From Eubacteriales bacterium (GTDB taxonomy: Bacteria; Bacillota; Clostridia; Oscillospirales; CAG-272): a DNA stretch of 64,000 bases. Made by a program: the position numbers and the translations under genes. The notes beneath the pieces were generated by a model. That model was given only the letters and a program-made list of their open reading frames with translations. It did no database searches and was not told the origin of the DNA. The stretch covers positions 678 to 64,677 of the forward strand of contig JAZQWX010000013.1 in assembly GCA_045632565.1 (NCBI GenBank), read 5' to 3'. Positions 27,370 to 37,281 of this stretch are shown piece after piece. Numbering within the stretch: position 1 is the first letter of the stretch; the number at the start of each line of letters is the position of its first letter.

Positions 27370-28402
27370 CGTTATGAGTGGCGATCACGCGCCGCTTGAA
27401 CTGCTCAAGGGTGCTGTGATGGCGGCCGATGAGTATCGCGTTCCGATCGCTGTGGTCGGTGACCGTGAGATCATTGAACAAACCGCCGCCGAAAACAACG
27501 TATCACTTGAGAATATTGAGATCGTTCACGCTCCGTCTGTGATCGGGATGGAGGATGCCCCCTTGTCCGTTATCCGTGATAAGAGCGACTCTTCCATGAG
27601 CGTCGGTCTGCGCCTGCTTGAAAGCGGCGAGGGCGATGCCTTTGTCAGTGCGGGTAACACCGGCGCATTGCTGGCGGGTGCAACCCTTCTTGTCCGCCGC
27701 ATCAAGGGCGTTCGACGCGCGGCCATTGCCACGGTACTGCCGTTCCCCGAGCCGATCCTGTTGATGGATTCCGGCGCCAATTTGGTTGTCACCCCTGATG
27801 ATTTGGAACAGTTTGCCTACATGGGCGCACTGTATATGGAAAAGCTGCACGGTCTGAAAAAGGCACGCGTCGGTCTTCTCAATAACGGCGCAGAGCCTAC
27901 CAAGGGGCTTCCGTTGCAGATTGAGGCTTACGGCCGCCTGAAGGGCAATCCCGATCTTGATTTTATCGGTAACGTAGAGGGAAAGGAAATTCCGTTCTCC
28001 CCCTGTGACGTATTGCTGGCTGACGGCTTTACAGGAAATATCGTCCTCAAATATACGGAGGGAATGGGTAAATTCCTGTTAAAAACCCTCAAGGGTCTGT
28101 TTACCAAAAATGCCGCTACCAAGGTTGCCGCCTTGGCTATGAAGAGCCAGCTGACCGAAATGAAGCGGCAGTTTGATGCCTCCGAATACGGTGGCGCGCC
28201 CCTGCTTGGTATTTCCAAGCCGGTCATCAAGGCCCATGGCAGCTCGGATGCCAAAGCCCTTAAAAATGCCGTGGTACAGGCGATCGCCTTTATCCAGACC
28301 GGCGTGAACTATGATATTGCCGGCATGGCTGCAGAGCTGCAAGCGAGAAAGGATGCCGAGCGCGCTGCTGCCAAGGAGGCAGAAGGAAAAGTAGAGGAGT
28401 GA
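27353..28402 (+). CDS. plsX: Phosphate acyltransferase PlsX
   Basis: Internal ATG 27353 (MKIIIDVMSGDHAP...). It overlaps the trmFO 3' end by 17 nt. Confidence 0.9.
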   Translation: MKIIIDVMSGDHAPLELLKGAVMAADEYRVPIAVVGDREIIEQTAAENNVSLENIEIVHAPSVIGMEDAPLSVIRDKSDSSMSVGLRLLESGEGDAFVSAGNTGALLAGATLLVRRIKGVRRAAIATVLPFPEPILLMDSGANLVVTPDDLEQFAYMGALYMEKLHGLKKARVGLLNNGAEPTKGLPLQIEAYGRLKGNPDLDFIGNVEGKEIPFSPCDVLLADGFTGNIVLKYTEGMGKFLLKTLKGLFTKNAATKVAALAMKSQLTEMKRQFDASEYGGAPLLGISKPVIKAHGSSDAKALKNAVVQAIAFIQTGVNYDIAGMAAELQARKDAERAAAKEAEGKVEE

Positions 28403-28408
28403 TGAGGA

Positions 28409-29101
28409 ATGGATGACAAGCTGCTTGCGTGGCAGTCAACACTCGGATACGTGTTTTCTGACCCCTCGCTTCTTGAAACCGCCATTACGCATTCCTCCTT
28501 CTCCCACGAAAGCAAGCACGCGCAAGAGGATAATGAGCGTCTTGAATTTCTTGGAGATGCCATTCTCGGTGCTGTCATCAGTACGCTTTTGTATCGCGCG
28601 TACCCATTGGAACGGGAGGGAACGCTGTCCTCCTACCGCCAAACCATCGTTTGTGAGGCAAGCCTCGCTTCGGTGGCGGCTGAGCTGCACCTCGGTGACA
28701 TGCTGCGTCTCGGAAACGGAGAGCTTCAAAATGACGGCAGAAAAAAGAGGTCGATTCTGGCCAATACCGTAGAGGCGGTGATCGCGGCGGTCTATTTAGA
28801 TCGCGGTGCTTCTGTTGATGAAACCGTTACCCGATTGATCGAACAACTTTTTGAAGACAAGATCAAGGCCTGCGCCGCGCGCAGTCTGGATCATAAATCC
28901 CGCCTGCAACAGGTTGTGGAACAGGACGGAAGTGAACGGCTGGAATATCGTGTTGTTTCGGTTGACGGTCCTGTACATAATCCGCGCTTTACTGTAGAAG
29001 CATTGCTCAACAGCAATGTGATCGGCAAGGCAGACGGAAGAACCAAGCAGGAAGCGGAGCAGGGCGCGGCAAGGGAAGCACTTTCCTTGTTTGGCACGTG
29101 A
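28409..29101 (+). CDS. rnc: Ribonuclease III
   Basis: ERLEFLGDA signature and a C-terminal dsRBD-like region. Confidence 0.93.
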   Translation: MDDKLLAWQSTLGYVFSDPSLLETAITHSSFSHESKHAQEDNERLEFLGDAILGAVISTLLYRAYPLEREGTLSSYRQTIVCEASLASVAAELHLGDMLRLGNGELQNDGRKKRSILANTVEAVIAAVYLDRGASVDETVTRLIEQLFEDKIKACAARSLDHKSRLQQVVEQDGSERLEYRVVSVDGPVHNPRFTVEALLNSNVIGKADGRTKQEAEQGAAREALSLFGT

Positions 29102-29158
29102 TAAAAATCGATCTGCCCTATATTAACTATCAAGAATATTCTTAAAGGAGTAATTCCT

Positions 29159-32100
29159 GTGTATTTAAAATCACTTGAGCTGCACGGCTTTAAGTCCTTC
29201 CCAAACCGCACGGTTCTGCACTTTGAGCGCGGAACGACCGTTGTTGTCGGCCCGAACGGAAGCGGCAAATCCAACATTTCCGACGCCATGCGTTGGGTGC
29301 TTGGTGAGCTTTCCAGCCGCAACATTCGCGGAACGAAGATGGAGGACGTTATCTTTGGCGGCACGGATGATCGCCGCCCCATGGGCTTTGCCGAGGTGTC
29401 GGTCTGCTTTGATAATACCGACAAGGAGCATGCCCTGAATCTGCCGTATGATGAGGTAGTCGTGACCCGTCGCTATTATCGTGCGGGAGAGAGTGAATAT
29501 TTCATCAACCGTAAGCCCTGTCGCTTGCGCGATATTTACGAGCTGTTTATGAATACGGGTGTTGGCCGTGAGGGATATTCCATCATCGGTCAGGGCCGTA
29601 TCGCCGAGATCCTCTCGAAAAAGAGCGAGGATCGCCGTAACTTCTTTGAGGAAGCAGCCGGTATTTCCAAATTCCGCTTCAAGAAGCAGGAGGCCGAGAA
29701 AAAGCTGGCTGATACCGAAAATAATATGGTGCGCGTGCGCGACATCCTTGGCGAGCTGGAGGGGCGCGTAGGCCCCTTGAAGCGCGATTCCGAAAAAGCA
29801 CGTCGCTATCTTGAGCTTTACGATAAGAAAAAACGCGCAGATGTGTCGCTTTGGCTGTATGACACGCAAAAGCTGCGTAACGATATTTCACTTTGCCGTG
29901 ATGCCTGCTCGCTCTCCGAGCACGAGCTTGCCTTGATCACAGAGTCCCTTGCTTCGCTGGAAGCGCAAAGTGACCGTTTGGAGGAGGAGCGCCGCAACAG
30001 CCATTTGCGCTCGGAGCAGCTCCTTTCCCAGATCAATGAAACCACGAAAACCATTCACCGATTGGATAACGAATTCGGTCTTTTACAAAACGATGCCGCC
30101 CACCGTGACGAGCTTTTTGCCCAGCATCAGCTTCGCATTCAAGAGGCCAACAAGACCCTTGTGATGCTCGAAGAGGAGTGCAAGGAAAACGAGCTGAAGC
30201 TGCTTGGCTTTGCACAGGCAGAGTCCGATCTTGCCGACGAGCATCTCGGTGTTTTGGCAAAGCAGCAGGAAAAGATCCTTTCCGCACAGGAAATCGAGAA
30301 GTTCCTTGCAAAGAAATTAGAGGAGCTTCACGTCCTTGAGCAGGCAGCTGTGGATATCCGTGTTCGCATGGACGTTCTGAAAAGCACCAAGGCAAGTGGC
30401 GATGATAAGAGCGGTAGTCTGCAAGAGGAGATCGCCCGCTACGAGGAAGAAGGGCGCGCCCTGGCCGAAGAAGCGGCCCGTTGCGAAAAGAATGCCGAGG
30501 GCTATAAAAACCGCATTGCCGAATTCGAAGCTACCGCCCAAAAGGGCAACGAAGAGGCCGAGAGCCTTGGCCTGCGCTATAAAAGCGCGCAGGACGAGCT
30601 GGCCGCCATCACCGTGGAAAGAAGTACCTACCTGCAACGCGCCGAAACCCTGCGCCGCATGGAAGAGCATTTTGAAGGCTATAACAACAGCGTCCGCTTC
30701 GTGATGCAGCGCTATGAGCAAAAGGCCATTGCCGGTGCCGGCAAGATCTTTGGCCCTGTTTCCAAGCTGATCTCTACCGAAAAGGACTACGTAACCGCCA
30801 TTGAAACGGCGCTTGGTGCAAGCCTGCAAAACATCGTGGTGGATAACGATGAAACGGCTAAGGCCGCGATCCGCGCACTGCGCGACAATCACGCAGGTCG
30901 TGCTACCTTCTACCCGATCAGCGCGATCAAACCAACTCCCGAAACCGATGAGATCCGCCGCGCCGCTACCTGCAAGGGGTATATTGGCCGCGCAGACAAG
31001 CTCATTACCTTTGACGCCGCCTATGCGGACGTCATGGAATGGCTTCTTGGCCGTACTGTGATCTTTGACAACATCGATCACGCTACCGAAGCAGCCAAGG
31101 CTCTGCGCTATCGTGTCAAGCTCGTTACGCTGGACGGCCAGGTCATCAATGCCGGCGGTTCTTATACGGGTGGCTCTCTCAAGCATGACAGCGGCATCCT
31201 GACGCGTGCGGCTGAAATCGAAAAGCTGGATGCGAAGTCCGCCGAGCTTGCCAAGAAAATGGCATCTGCCGAAAAACAAATCGCGGATCTGGAGGAAAAG
31301 ATCACGCTTGCCCGCAACACCGTGCGTGATGCGGAGCAGCAAAAGGATATCCTCTTGACCCTTTCCCGTTCGCAGTTTGCCGCGCTGGATAATGCAAACG
31401 CCAAGTGGGAAGCTAATCGCAGTCTGACCGATAAGCTACGCGCGGACCTTGACGCACTCGTCAAAACCGATAGCGCCTGTGACGAAGAGATCGGCACGCT
31501 GGCAAGCGAGCTTGCCGAGCAAGAGGCAAAGATCCGAGAGCTTGGGGATCTGCGTGCCGAAAAGGAGATCGAGCGCAACGCACTTCTCGACGAGCGTGAG
31601 GAGCTGGCAACCAAGGCTGCCGATATTCAGATCCGCTTGGCCGAGATCCGCGGTGAAGCCTCGACCGTGCAGCACCTGACCGAAAATGCCAAGCAGCGCA
31701 TACGGGATATTGGCGAGGAAAAAATTGAGCTTGCCAAGAAGATGGAAGAGCACGAATCCTGGCTGCTTGACCATAAAAACATCTTGGAAGCCAACCGCCG
31801 CGACAGAGAACAGTATCAGGCGCAGATGGATGAGATCGGTAGTGACCGCGAATCGGTCGAATCGGATAACGATGAATACGATAAGCGCCTTTCCGAGCTG
31901 AAGCTGCAGACAAGAAATAAGCAGAATCAAAAGGATCTGTGTACCGAAACCCACAACCGCAACAAGCAGAAGCTGGAACGCCTTTCGGATGAATACGACC
32001 GTCTTGGCTCTCGTCTGTATGACGATTATGAGCTGACGGCAGAGGATGCGCGCGCGCTCGGTTATCCTGCCGTTACGGCGGAAAATCACCGTGAGTTTGT

Positions 32101-32773
32101 TGCCGTTCAGACCGAATGTAAGCAGGCTATCAAGTCGCTTGGCTCGGTCAACGTAGCCGCCATTGAGGAATATGATGTCATCAAGGATCGCTACGAAACC
32201 CTCTCCGAGCAGGTAAATGACCTCAACCAATCCTACGAGGAGCTTACCGGAATCGTAGCAAAAATTGAGGCAGAAATGAAAACCAGCTTCGTCACCGCCT
32301 TTGAAGAGATCAACCGCAACTTTGCCGTGGTGTTCCGCGAGCTGTTTGGCGGCGGTCAGGCCGAGCTGTTGCTTACCGATCCGGAGGACGTTCTGAATTG
32401 CGGCATCGAGGTAAAGGCCGCACCTCCCGGAAAGATCATCAAAAACCTGTCGCTTCTTTCGGGTGGTGAGCAGGCATTTACCGCCTGTGCGCTCTTCTTC
32501 TCGATCCTCAAGGTCAATCCGACCCCGTTCTGCTTGCTTGACGAAATCGAGGCGGCGCTTGACGAGGTCAACGTATTCCGCCTTGGCGAATACATCAAGA
32601 AATTCTGCGGTGAAACGCAGTTTATTCTGATTACCCACCGTCGCGGCACGATGCAGATCGCTGACCGCCTGTACGGTGTCACCATGCCCGAGCGCGGTAT
32701 CTCCCGCGTGATCGCATTGGATGTGAACGAAATAGAAAGCAAGAGCAAGGAGTTTACCGATGGGCTTCTTTGA
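29159..32773 (+). CDS. smc: Chromosome partition protein Smc
   Basis: 1204 aa with a GTG start behind AAAGGAG, GPNGSGKSN Walker A, long coiled coils, and a C-terminal LSGGE / LLDE. Confidence 0.95.
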   Translation: MYLKSLELHGFKSFPNRTVLHFERGTTVVVGPNGSGKSNISDAMRWVLGELSSRNIRGTKMEDVIFGGTDDRRPMGFAEVSVCFDNTDKEHALNLPYDEVVVTRRYYRAGESEYFINRKPCRLRDIYELFMNTGVGREGYSIIGQGRIAEILSKKSEDRRNFFEEAAGISKFRFKKQEAEKKLADTENNMVRVRDILGELEGRVGPLKRDSEKARRYLELYDKKKRADVSLWLYDTQKLRNDISLCRDACSLSEHELALITESLASLEAQSDRLEEERRNSHLRSEQLLSQINETTKTIHRLDNEFGLLQNDAAHRDELFAQHQLRIQEANKTLVMLEEECKENELKLLGFAQAESDLADEHLGVLAKQQEKILSAQEIEKFLAKKLEELHVLEQAAVDIRVRMDVLKSTKASGDDKSGSLQEEIARYEEEGRALAEEAARCEKNAEGYKNRIAEFEATAQKGNEEAESLGLRYKSAQDELAAITVERSTYLQRAETLRRMEEHFEGYNNSVRFVMQRYEQKAIAGAGKIFGPVSKLISTEKDYVTAIETALGASLQNIVVDNDETAKAAIRALRDNHAGRATFYPISAIKPTPETDEIRRAATCKGYIGRADKLITFDAAYADVMEWLLGRTVIFDNIDHATEAAKALRYRVKLVTLDGQVINAGGSYTGGSLKHDSGILTRAAEIEKLDAKSAELAKKMASAEKQIADLEEKITLARNTVRDAEQQKDILLTLSRSQFAALDNANAKWEANRSLTDKLRADLDALVKTDSACDEEIGTLASELAEQEAKIRELGDLRAEKEIERNALLDEREELATKAADIQIRLAEIRGEASTVQHLTENAKQRIRDIGEEKIELAKKMEEHESWLLDHKNILEANRRDREQYQAQMDEIGSDRESVESDNDEYDKRLSELKLQTRNKQNQKDLCTETHNRNKQKLERLSDEYDRLGSRLYDDYELTAEDARALGYPAVTAENHREFVAVQTECKQAIKSLGSVNVAAIEEYDVIKDRYETLSEQVNDLNQSYEELTGIVAKIEAEMKTSFVTAFEEINRNFAVVFRELFGGGQAELLLTDPEDVLNCGIEVKAAPPGKIIKNLSLLSGGEQAFTACALFFSILKVNPTPFCLLDEIEAALDEVNVFRLGEYIKKFCGETQFILITHRRGTMQIADRLYGVTMPERGISRVIALDVNEIESKSKEFTDGLL

Positions 32774-33665
32774 GAAACTGAAAAGTGGTTTGCAGAAAAC
32801 CAAAAACGCCCTGTTTGGCAAGGTTGATGATCTCTTAAAGGCCTTTGTCCGCATTGATGAAGATTTCCTTGAAGAGCTCGAAGAGCTTTTGATCACTGCC
32901 GACGTCGGTGTCGATACGACCGAAGAGATTTTGGATCAACTGCGTGAAGCGATCCGTGAGGAGCGCATCAAAGCCCCCGAGGATGTTCGCGCTGCTCTGC
33001 GTAGTATCGTCCGTGATCTGATCGGTGAGCATGAGCCGCTTAATCTTTCTACAACTCCCGCTGTTATCCTGGTAATCGGCGTGAACGGCGTAGGGAAGAC
33101 CACCTCGATCGGTAAGATCGCTGCCGCTCTCAAGCAGGATGGCAAAAAGGTGGTTGTCGCTGCCGCCGATACCTTCCGCGCCGCCGCCACCGAACAGATC
33201 GCCGTGTGGTGCGAAAGAAGCGGCACAGACCTCGTTAAACAGGGGCAGGGAGCTGATCCTGCCGCCGTGGTCTATGACGCCATACAGGCAGTAAAAAGTC
33301 GCCGTGCGGACGTTCTGATCGTCGATACCGCCGGCAGACTTCATAACAAAAAGAACCTCATGGACGAGCTTGCCAAAATTGACCGCGTTATTTCGCGCGA
33401 GCTGCCTGATGCCGCCAAAGAAACCCTGCTTGTGCTTGATGCCACGACTGGTCAAAACGCCGTGGCACAGGCAAAGGAATTCAAAAACGCCTCCCCCATT
33501 ACCGGTCTTGTCCTTACCAAGCTGGACGGCACGGCAAAGGGCGGCATCGTGCTTTCGGTTCGCCGTGAGCTTGGCATCCCCGTAAAATTTATAGGAGTAG
33601 GAGAGCAGATCGACGATATGCGTCCGTTTGACGGTGATGCATTCACCGATGCTCTGTTTGCATGA
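32760..33665 (+). CDS. ftsY: Signal recognition particle receptor FtsY
   Basis: GVNGVGKTT, DTAGR and TKLDG motifs. It overlaps the smc end by 14 nt. Confidence 0.93.
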   Translation: MGFFEKLKSGLQKTKNALFGKVDDLLKAFVRIDEDFLEELEELLITADVGVDTTEEILDQLREAIREERIKAPEDVRAALRSIVRDLIGEHEPLNLSTTPAVILVIGVNGVGKTTSIGKIAAALKQDGKKVVVAAADTFRAAATEQIAVWCERSGTDLVKQGQGADPAAVVYDAIQAVKSRRADVLIVDTAGRLHNKKNLMDELAKIDRVISRELPDAAKETLLVLDATTGQNAVAQAKEFKNASPITGLVLTKLDGTAKGGIVLSVRRELGIPVKFIGVGEQIDDMRPFDGDAFTDALFA

Positions 33666-34564
33666 TGAAAGTAGTACTCGCATCTCGTAACCGCAAAAAA
33701 ATTCAGGAAATGCTCACGCTTCTGCGCGCGCAGGGCGGGGCACTTTCGGGCGTTACGGTTCTCTCGCTCGATGATATCGGCTATGAGGGAGAAATCGAAG
33801 AGGATGGTGCCACCTTCCGTGAAAATGCCATCATCAAAGCCTCCGTTCCTGCCGCTCTCGGCTATATCGGCATTGCCGACGATTCCGGTCTTGCCGTGGA
33901 TGCCCTTGACGGTGCGCCCGGCGTGTATTCCGCGCGCTATGCAGGCGAGCCGTCCGATGATGAAAAGAACAACCAAAAGCTTCTTTTTGAGCTTGAAAAC
34001 ACCCCGGACAGAGAAAGAACGGCACGCTACGTGTGCACGATCGCCTGCGTTTTTCCCGATGGTCGCCGCTTTACGGTGGATGGGGATTGCAAGGGCTTGA
34101 TTTTGCGCGAATATCGCGGTAAAAACGGCTTCGGCTATGACCCCCTGTTCTATTATCCGCCCTTTGGTTGCACGTTTGCAGAGGCCACGGCGGCCGAAAA
34201 GAACAAGGTCAGCCACCGCGCCAACGCGATTGCTGCCTTTGCCAAAAAGCTGGAAACCTACCTCATTCCCGTTCCGACCCTGACAGGCAAAACGCGCGCA
34301 CATCTGCGTTCGCTTTCCAATGATATGCAGCCTGTTTTCCAGATCGAGAAGGGCGGTATTACCGAGGAAATATGCTATCAGCTCGACCGAGCCTTGATCT
34401 CCCGTGAGCTGATCAAGGTGTCGGTTCTTGAAAATTGCCCGTACACCGCAAGAGAAGCCGCCGATACGGTCGCCGCTGTGTTGGGGGCTAACGTGATCTC
34501 GGTGGTTGGTCGCCGCTTTGTTCTGTATCGTGAATCGGCGGAAAACAAAAAGATTTTCTTATGA
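33662..34564 (+). CDS. rdgB: Fusion ORF: RdgB/HAM1-type dITP/XTP pyrophosphatase (about residues 1-200) plus a YhbY/CRM-type RNA-binding domain (about residues 205-300)
   Basis: Single uninterrupted 300-aa ORF. The N-terminal part has SRNxxK, DDSGL and FGYDP motifs. The C-terminal part, LTGKTRAHLRSLSNDMQPVFQIEKGGIT..., resembles YhbY/YqeI, which precedes nadD in Bacillus. Confidence 0.8.
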   Translation: MMKVVLASRNRKKIQEMLTLLRAQGGALSGVTVLSLDDIGYEGEIEEDGATFRENAIIKASVPAALGYIGIADDSGLAVDALDGAPGVYSARYAGEPSDDEKNNQKLLFELENTPDRERTARYVCTIACVFPDGRRFTVDGDCKGLILREYRGKNGFGYDPLFYYPPFGCTFAEATAAEKNKVSHRANAIAAFAKKLETYLIPVPTLTGKTRAHLRSLSNDMQPVFQIEKGGITEEICYQLDRALISRELIKVSVLENCPYTAREAADTVAAVLGANVISVVGRRFVLYRESAENKKIFL

Positions 34565-35169
34565 TACCGAAAAAAATAGGCATTTTCGGCGGAACGTTTT
34601 CACCGCCGCATCTTGGCCATGCGGCCGCGCTTTCTTCTTTTCTTGCCCAAGAGAAGCCCGATGAAATGCTGGTGATCCCGACGGGAACTCCCCCTCACAA
34701 GCCCTTGAAGGGGGATGCCACGGCCAAGCAGCGCTTTGATATGTGCCGTCTGGCGTTCTCCTTTTCGGGAGTTACCGTCAGCGATCTGGAGATCAAGCGG
34801 GAAGGGAAAAGCTATACCGTTGACACCCTTAAGTGCTTGACGGCACCGGACCGCCGCTTGGTTCTTCTTTGCGGAACGGATATGTTCCTTTCGCTTGACA
34901 GCTGGTATTCTACCGAAACCATCTTCCGTCTGGCCGAGATCGTCTACGTGCGGCGTGAAGAGGATGAAGACGTAGCAAAACGCCTCATCCAAAAGGAAGA
35001 GGAATACCGTTGCCGCTTTGCGGCCAACGTACGCCCTCTTGCTACCAAGGTGCTTGAGGTTTCCTCCAGTGAGGTGAGAGAACGCCTTGCCAAAAAGCAA
35101 GACACGTCCGCACTTCTGCATCCCGATGTCATGAGGTATATTGAAGAATGCAAGCTATATCGGAACTAA
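34561..35169 (+). CDS. nadD: Nicotinate-nucleotide adenylyltransferase
   Basis: GGTFSPPHLGH motif. yqeI-nadD-yqeK-rsfS synteny. Confidence 0.92.
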   Translation: MIPKKIGIFGGTFSPPHLGHAAALSSFLAQEKPDEMLVIPTGTPPHKPLKGDATAKQRFDMCRLAFSFSGVTVSDLEIKREGKSYTVDTLKCLTAPDRRLVLLCGTDMFLSLDSWYSTETIFRLAEIVYVRREEDEDVAKRLIQKEEEYRCRFAANVRPLATKVLEVSSSEVRERLAKKQDTSALLHPDVMRYIEECKLYRN

Positions 35170-35777
35170 ACGATTTGCGCGAAGCCGTAAAAGCACGCAT
35201 GGGTGAATGGCGGTTTGCACACACCTTGGCGGTTGAAAGAGAAATCGTCAAGCTCGGTGAGATCTTTCTGCCGCAAAATATCTACCGATTACAGATTGCA
35301 GCTTTGCTGCATGATCTGACAAAAGAGCTTTCGGCAGAAGCGCAGATCGCGTTTTGCGAGCAGCACGGCATTCCGCTTTCCGAGGAAGAACGGGCGACCC
35401 CCAAAACTCTGCATGCCAAAACCGGTGCTTACCTTGCCGCCCGCGAATTTCCGCATTTGGTGGACGAGGAGATTTTGGATGCGATCGACAAGCACACGAC
35501 AGGCGGGGAAAGGATGTCCCTGTTTGCCAAGCTCCTCTATCTTGCCGACTACATCGAGGACACCCGAACCTTTTCCGACTGTGTTCGCTTGCGAAACATG
35601 TTTTGGAACGGTTTTGACGATCTGCCGCAAAATAAACGTGCAGAACGCCTTGATCGAGTTCTTCTTGCCTCGTTTGATATGACGATAAAGGCTCTTCGGA
35701 CGGAGGGTTCTCCGATCTCCTCGGCAACCCTTTTGGCAAGAGAAACTCTTCTTGCAGATATTAACAAGTATATTTGA
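35148..35777 (+). CDS. yqeK: HD-domain protein YqeK (bis(5'-nucleosyl)-tetraphosphatase type)
   Basis: HTLAV...LLHDL HD motifs and its position after nadD. Confidence 0.85.
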   Translation: MQAISELNDLREAVKARMGEWRFAHTLAVEREIVKLGEIFLPQNIYRLQIAALLHDLTKELSAEAQIAFCEQHGIPLSEEERATPKTLHAKTGAYLAAREFPHLVDEEILDAIDKHTTGGERMSLFAKLLYLADYIEDTRTFSDCVRLRNMFWNGFDDLPQNKRAERLDRVLLASFDMTIKALRTEGSPISSATLLARETLLADINKYI

Positions 35778-35826
35778 TTTTTCTGCACGCAAACTACCTG
35801 TAAAAATATTGCGGTAGGGGTCGTGT

Positions 35827-36843
35827 ATGAAAAAAATTCTGTTGTTTCTTTTGATTGCTTCCGTGCTTCTGGGCGGAGCCGTTTTGTCGGTGTATGCCTA
35901 CTCGCGGTCAAAAATCATAGGGAAAAGCGTGCAGGATCAGGTGATCAACTGTCTGATCCTTGGGGCAGATGAATCCTCCGGGAATACGGATGTGATGATC
36001 CTTGCCGGCTATCAGCCCACAAAAAAGTGCCTGACGCTGATGCAGATCCCGCGGGATACCTATTACCGTGCAGACGGAAAAGAAATGAAGATCAATCATC
36101 TCTACAATGCTGCACTCGCTGACGGAAAAAGCGACAAAAACGCTCTATATTTCGTGGCAGACGCCATATCCCATGCTTTTTCTGTTCCGATCCACGCCAC
36201 ACTTCTTGTCCGACTCGATACGCTTTCGGATTTCGTTGATGAGATCGGCGGCATCCCGATGAACGTGCCGATGACGATGCAATATCGGGATGAAGAACAG
36301 GGCCTTCTCATTGACCTGCCGCAAGGGGAGCGTGTATTGACCGGCCAAGAGGCCGTGCAATTCGTGCGCTTTCGTGCCGATTATCTGATGGGAGATATCG
36401 GTAGATTGGATGCCCAAAAGATCTTTTTGGCGGCGCTTTATCAAAAGCTCTCTACCACGCCGGATGCTATGAAGATCGCGTTCTCCTATTTGCAAAACGG
36501 TGATTGCACCTTGGCACGTACGGATAATTTATCTTTACCAACCCTGTTTTTGTTGACTTATACGGATCTTGATAATCTTTCTCTCTTTTTCCTTTCCATG
36601 CCGGGGGAGGCCTCCTTGTCGGACGGACTTTGGTACTACACTCCGAACAAGGCTGCGCTTTGCTCCGTGCTTCTTGAACATTTCAGTGAGGCGTCGTTCT
36701 CTCCCGAGCGTTTTGACCCAAACGAATCCTTTTGCAAGCAATCCGATCCGCACATGACGCGTATCTATTTTAAAGCGGATCATTCCTATAAGATCTATAC
36801 CCCGGAAGACATTGATGATATTATAATAACGAAGAAGGAATAA
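35827..36843 (+). CDS. LCP (LytR-CpsA-Psr) family protein
   Basis: N-terminal TM segment and the LCP-like core sequence DVMILAGY...MQIPRDTY. Confidence 0.82.
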   Translation: MKKILLFLLIASVLLGGAVLSVYAYSRSKIIGKSVQDQVINCLILGADESSGNTDVMILAGYQPTKKCLTLMQIPRDTYYRADGKEMKINHLYNAALADGKSDKNALYFVADAISHAFSVPIHATLLVRLDTLSDFVDEIGGIPMNVPMTMQYRDEEQGLLIDLPQGERVLTGQEAVQFVRFRADYLMGDIGRLDAQKIFLAALYQKLSTTPDAMKIAFSYLQNGDCTLARTDNLSLPTLFLLTYTDLDNLSLFFLSMPGEASLSDGLWYYTPNKAALCSVLLEHFSEASFSPERFDPNESFCKQSDPHMTRIYFKADHSYKIYTPEDIDDIIITKKE

Positions 36844-36846
36844 ATT

Positions 36847-37281
36847 ATGGACAACACGGAAAACAAAATGCCACTTGACCTTTCTGCGGCCGAGCCGCTT
36901 GAGGTTGCAAAAGAAGCGGCATCCGCCCTCTTCCGCAAAAAGGGAATTGACATTCGCCTTTTTTCGGTGGCGGATACCACGGTTATTGCGGAATACTACG
37001 TGATCTGCTCCGGTCGCGCATCTACGCACGTAAAGGCGCTGGCGGACGAGGTGGATTATCGCCTGGGGCGCGCGGGCGTTCGCTGTTATCGCACCGAGGG
37101 ACGCGACGGCGGTGAATGGCTGCTCGTTGACTTCGGTACGGTCATCGTTCACGTTTTCTCGCGTGAGGCGCGTGAATATTACAACCTGGAGCGACTCCTT
37201 GACAGCGACAAGGAAATCGATTTGAAAGAATTTTTTGAAGACGTTCAAAGTAAGATAGAAAACGGAGAAACAGAGGCATGA
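36847..37281 (+). CDS. rsfS: Ribosome silencing factor RsfS
   Basis: RsfS-like sequence (YFVICSG...WLLVDFGTVIVHVF) in the expected position before leuS. Confidence 0.9.
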   Translation: MDNTENKMPLDLSAAEPLEVAKEAASALFRKKGIDIRLFSVADTTVIAEYYVICSGRASTHVKALADEVDYRLGRAGVRCYRTEGRDGGEWLLVDFGTVIVHVFSREAREYYNLERLLDSDKEIDLKEFFEDVQSKIENGETEA

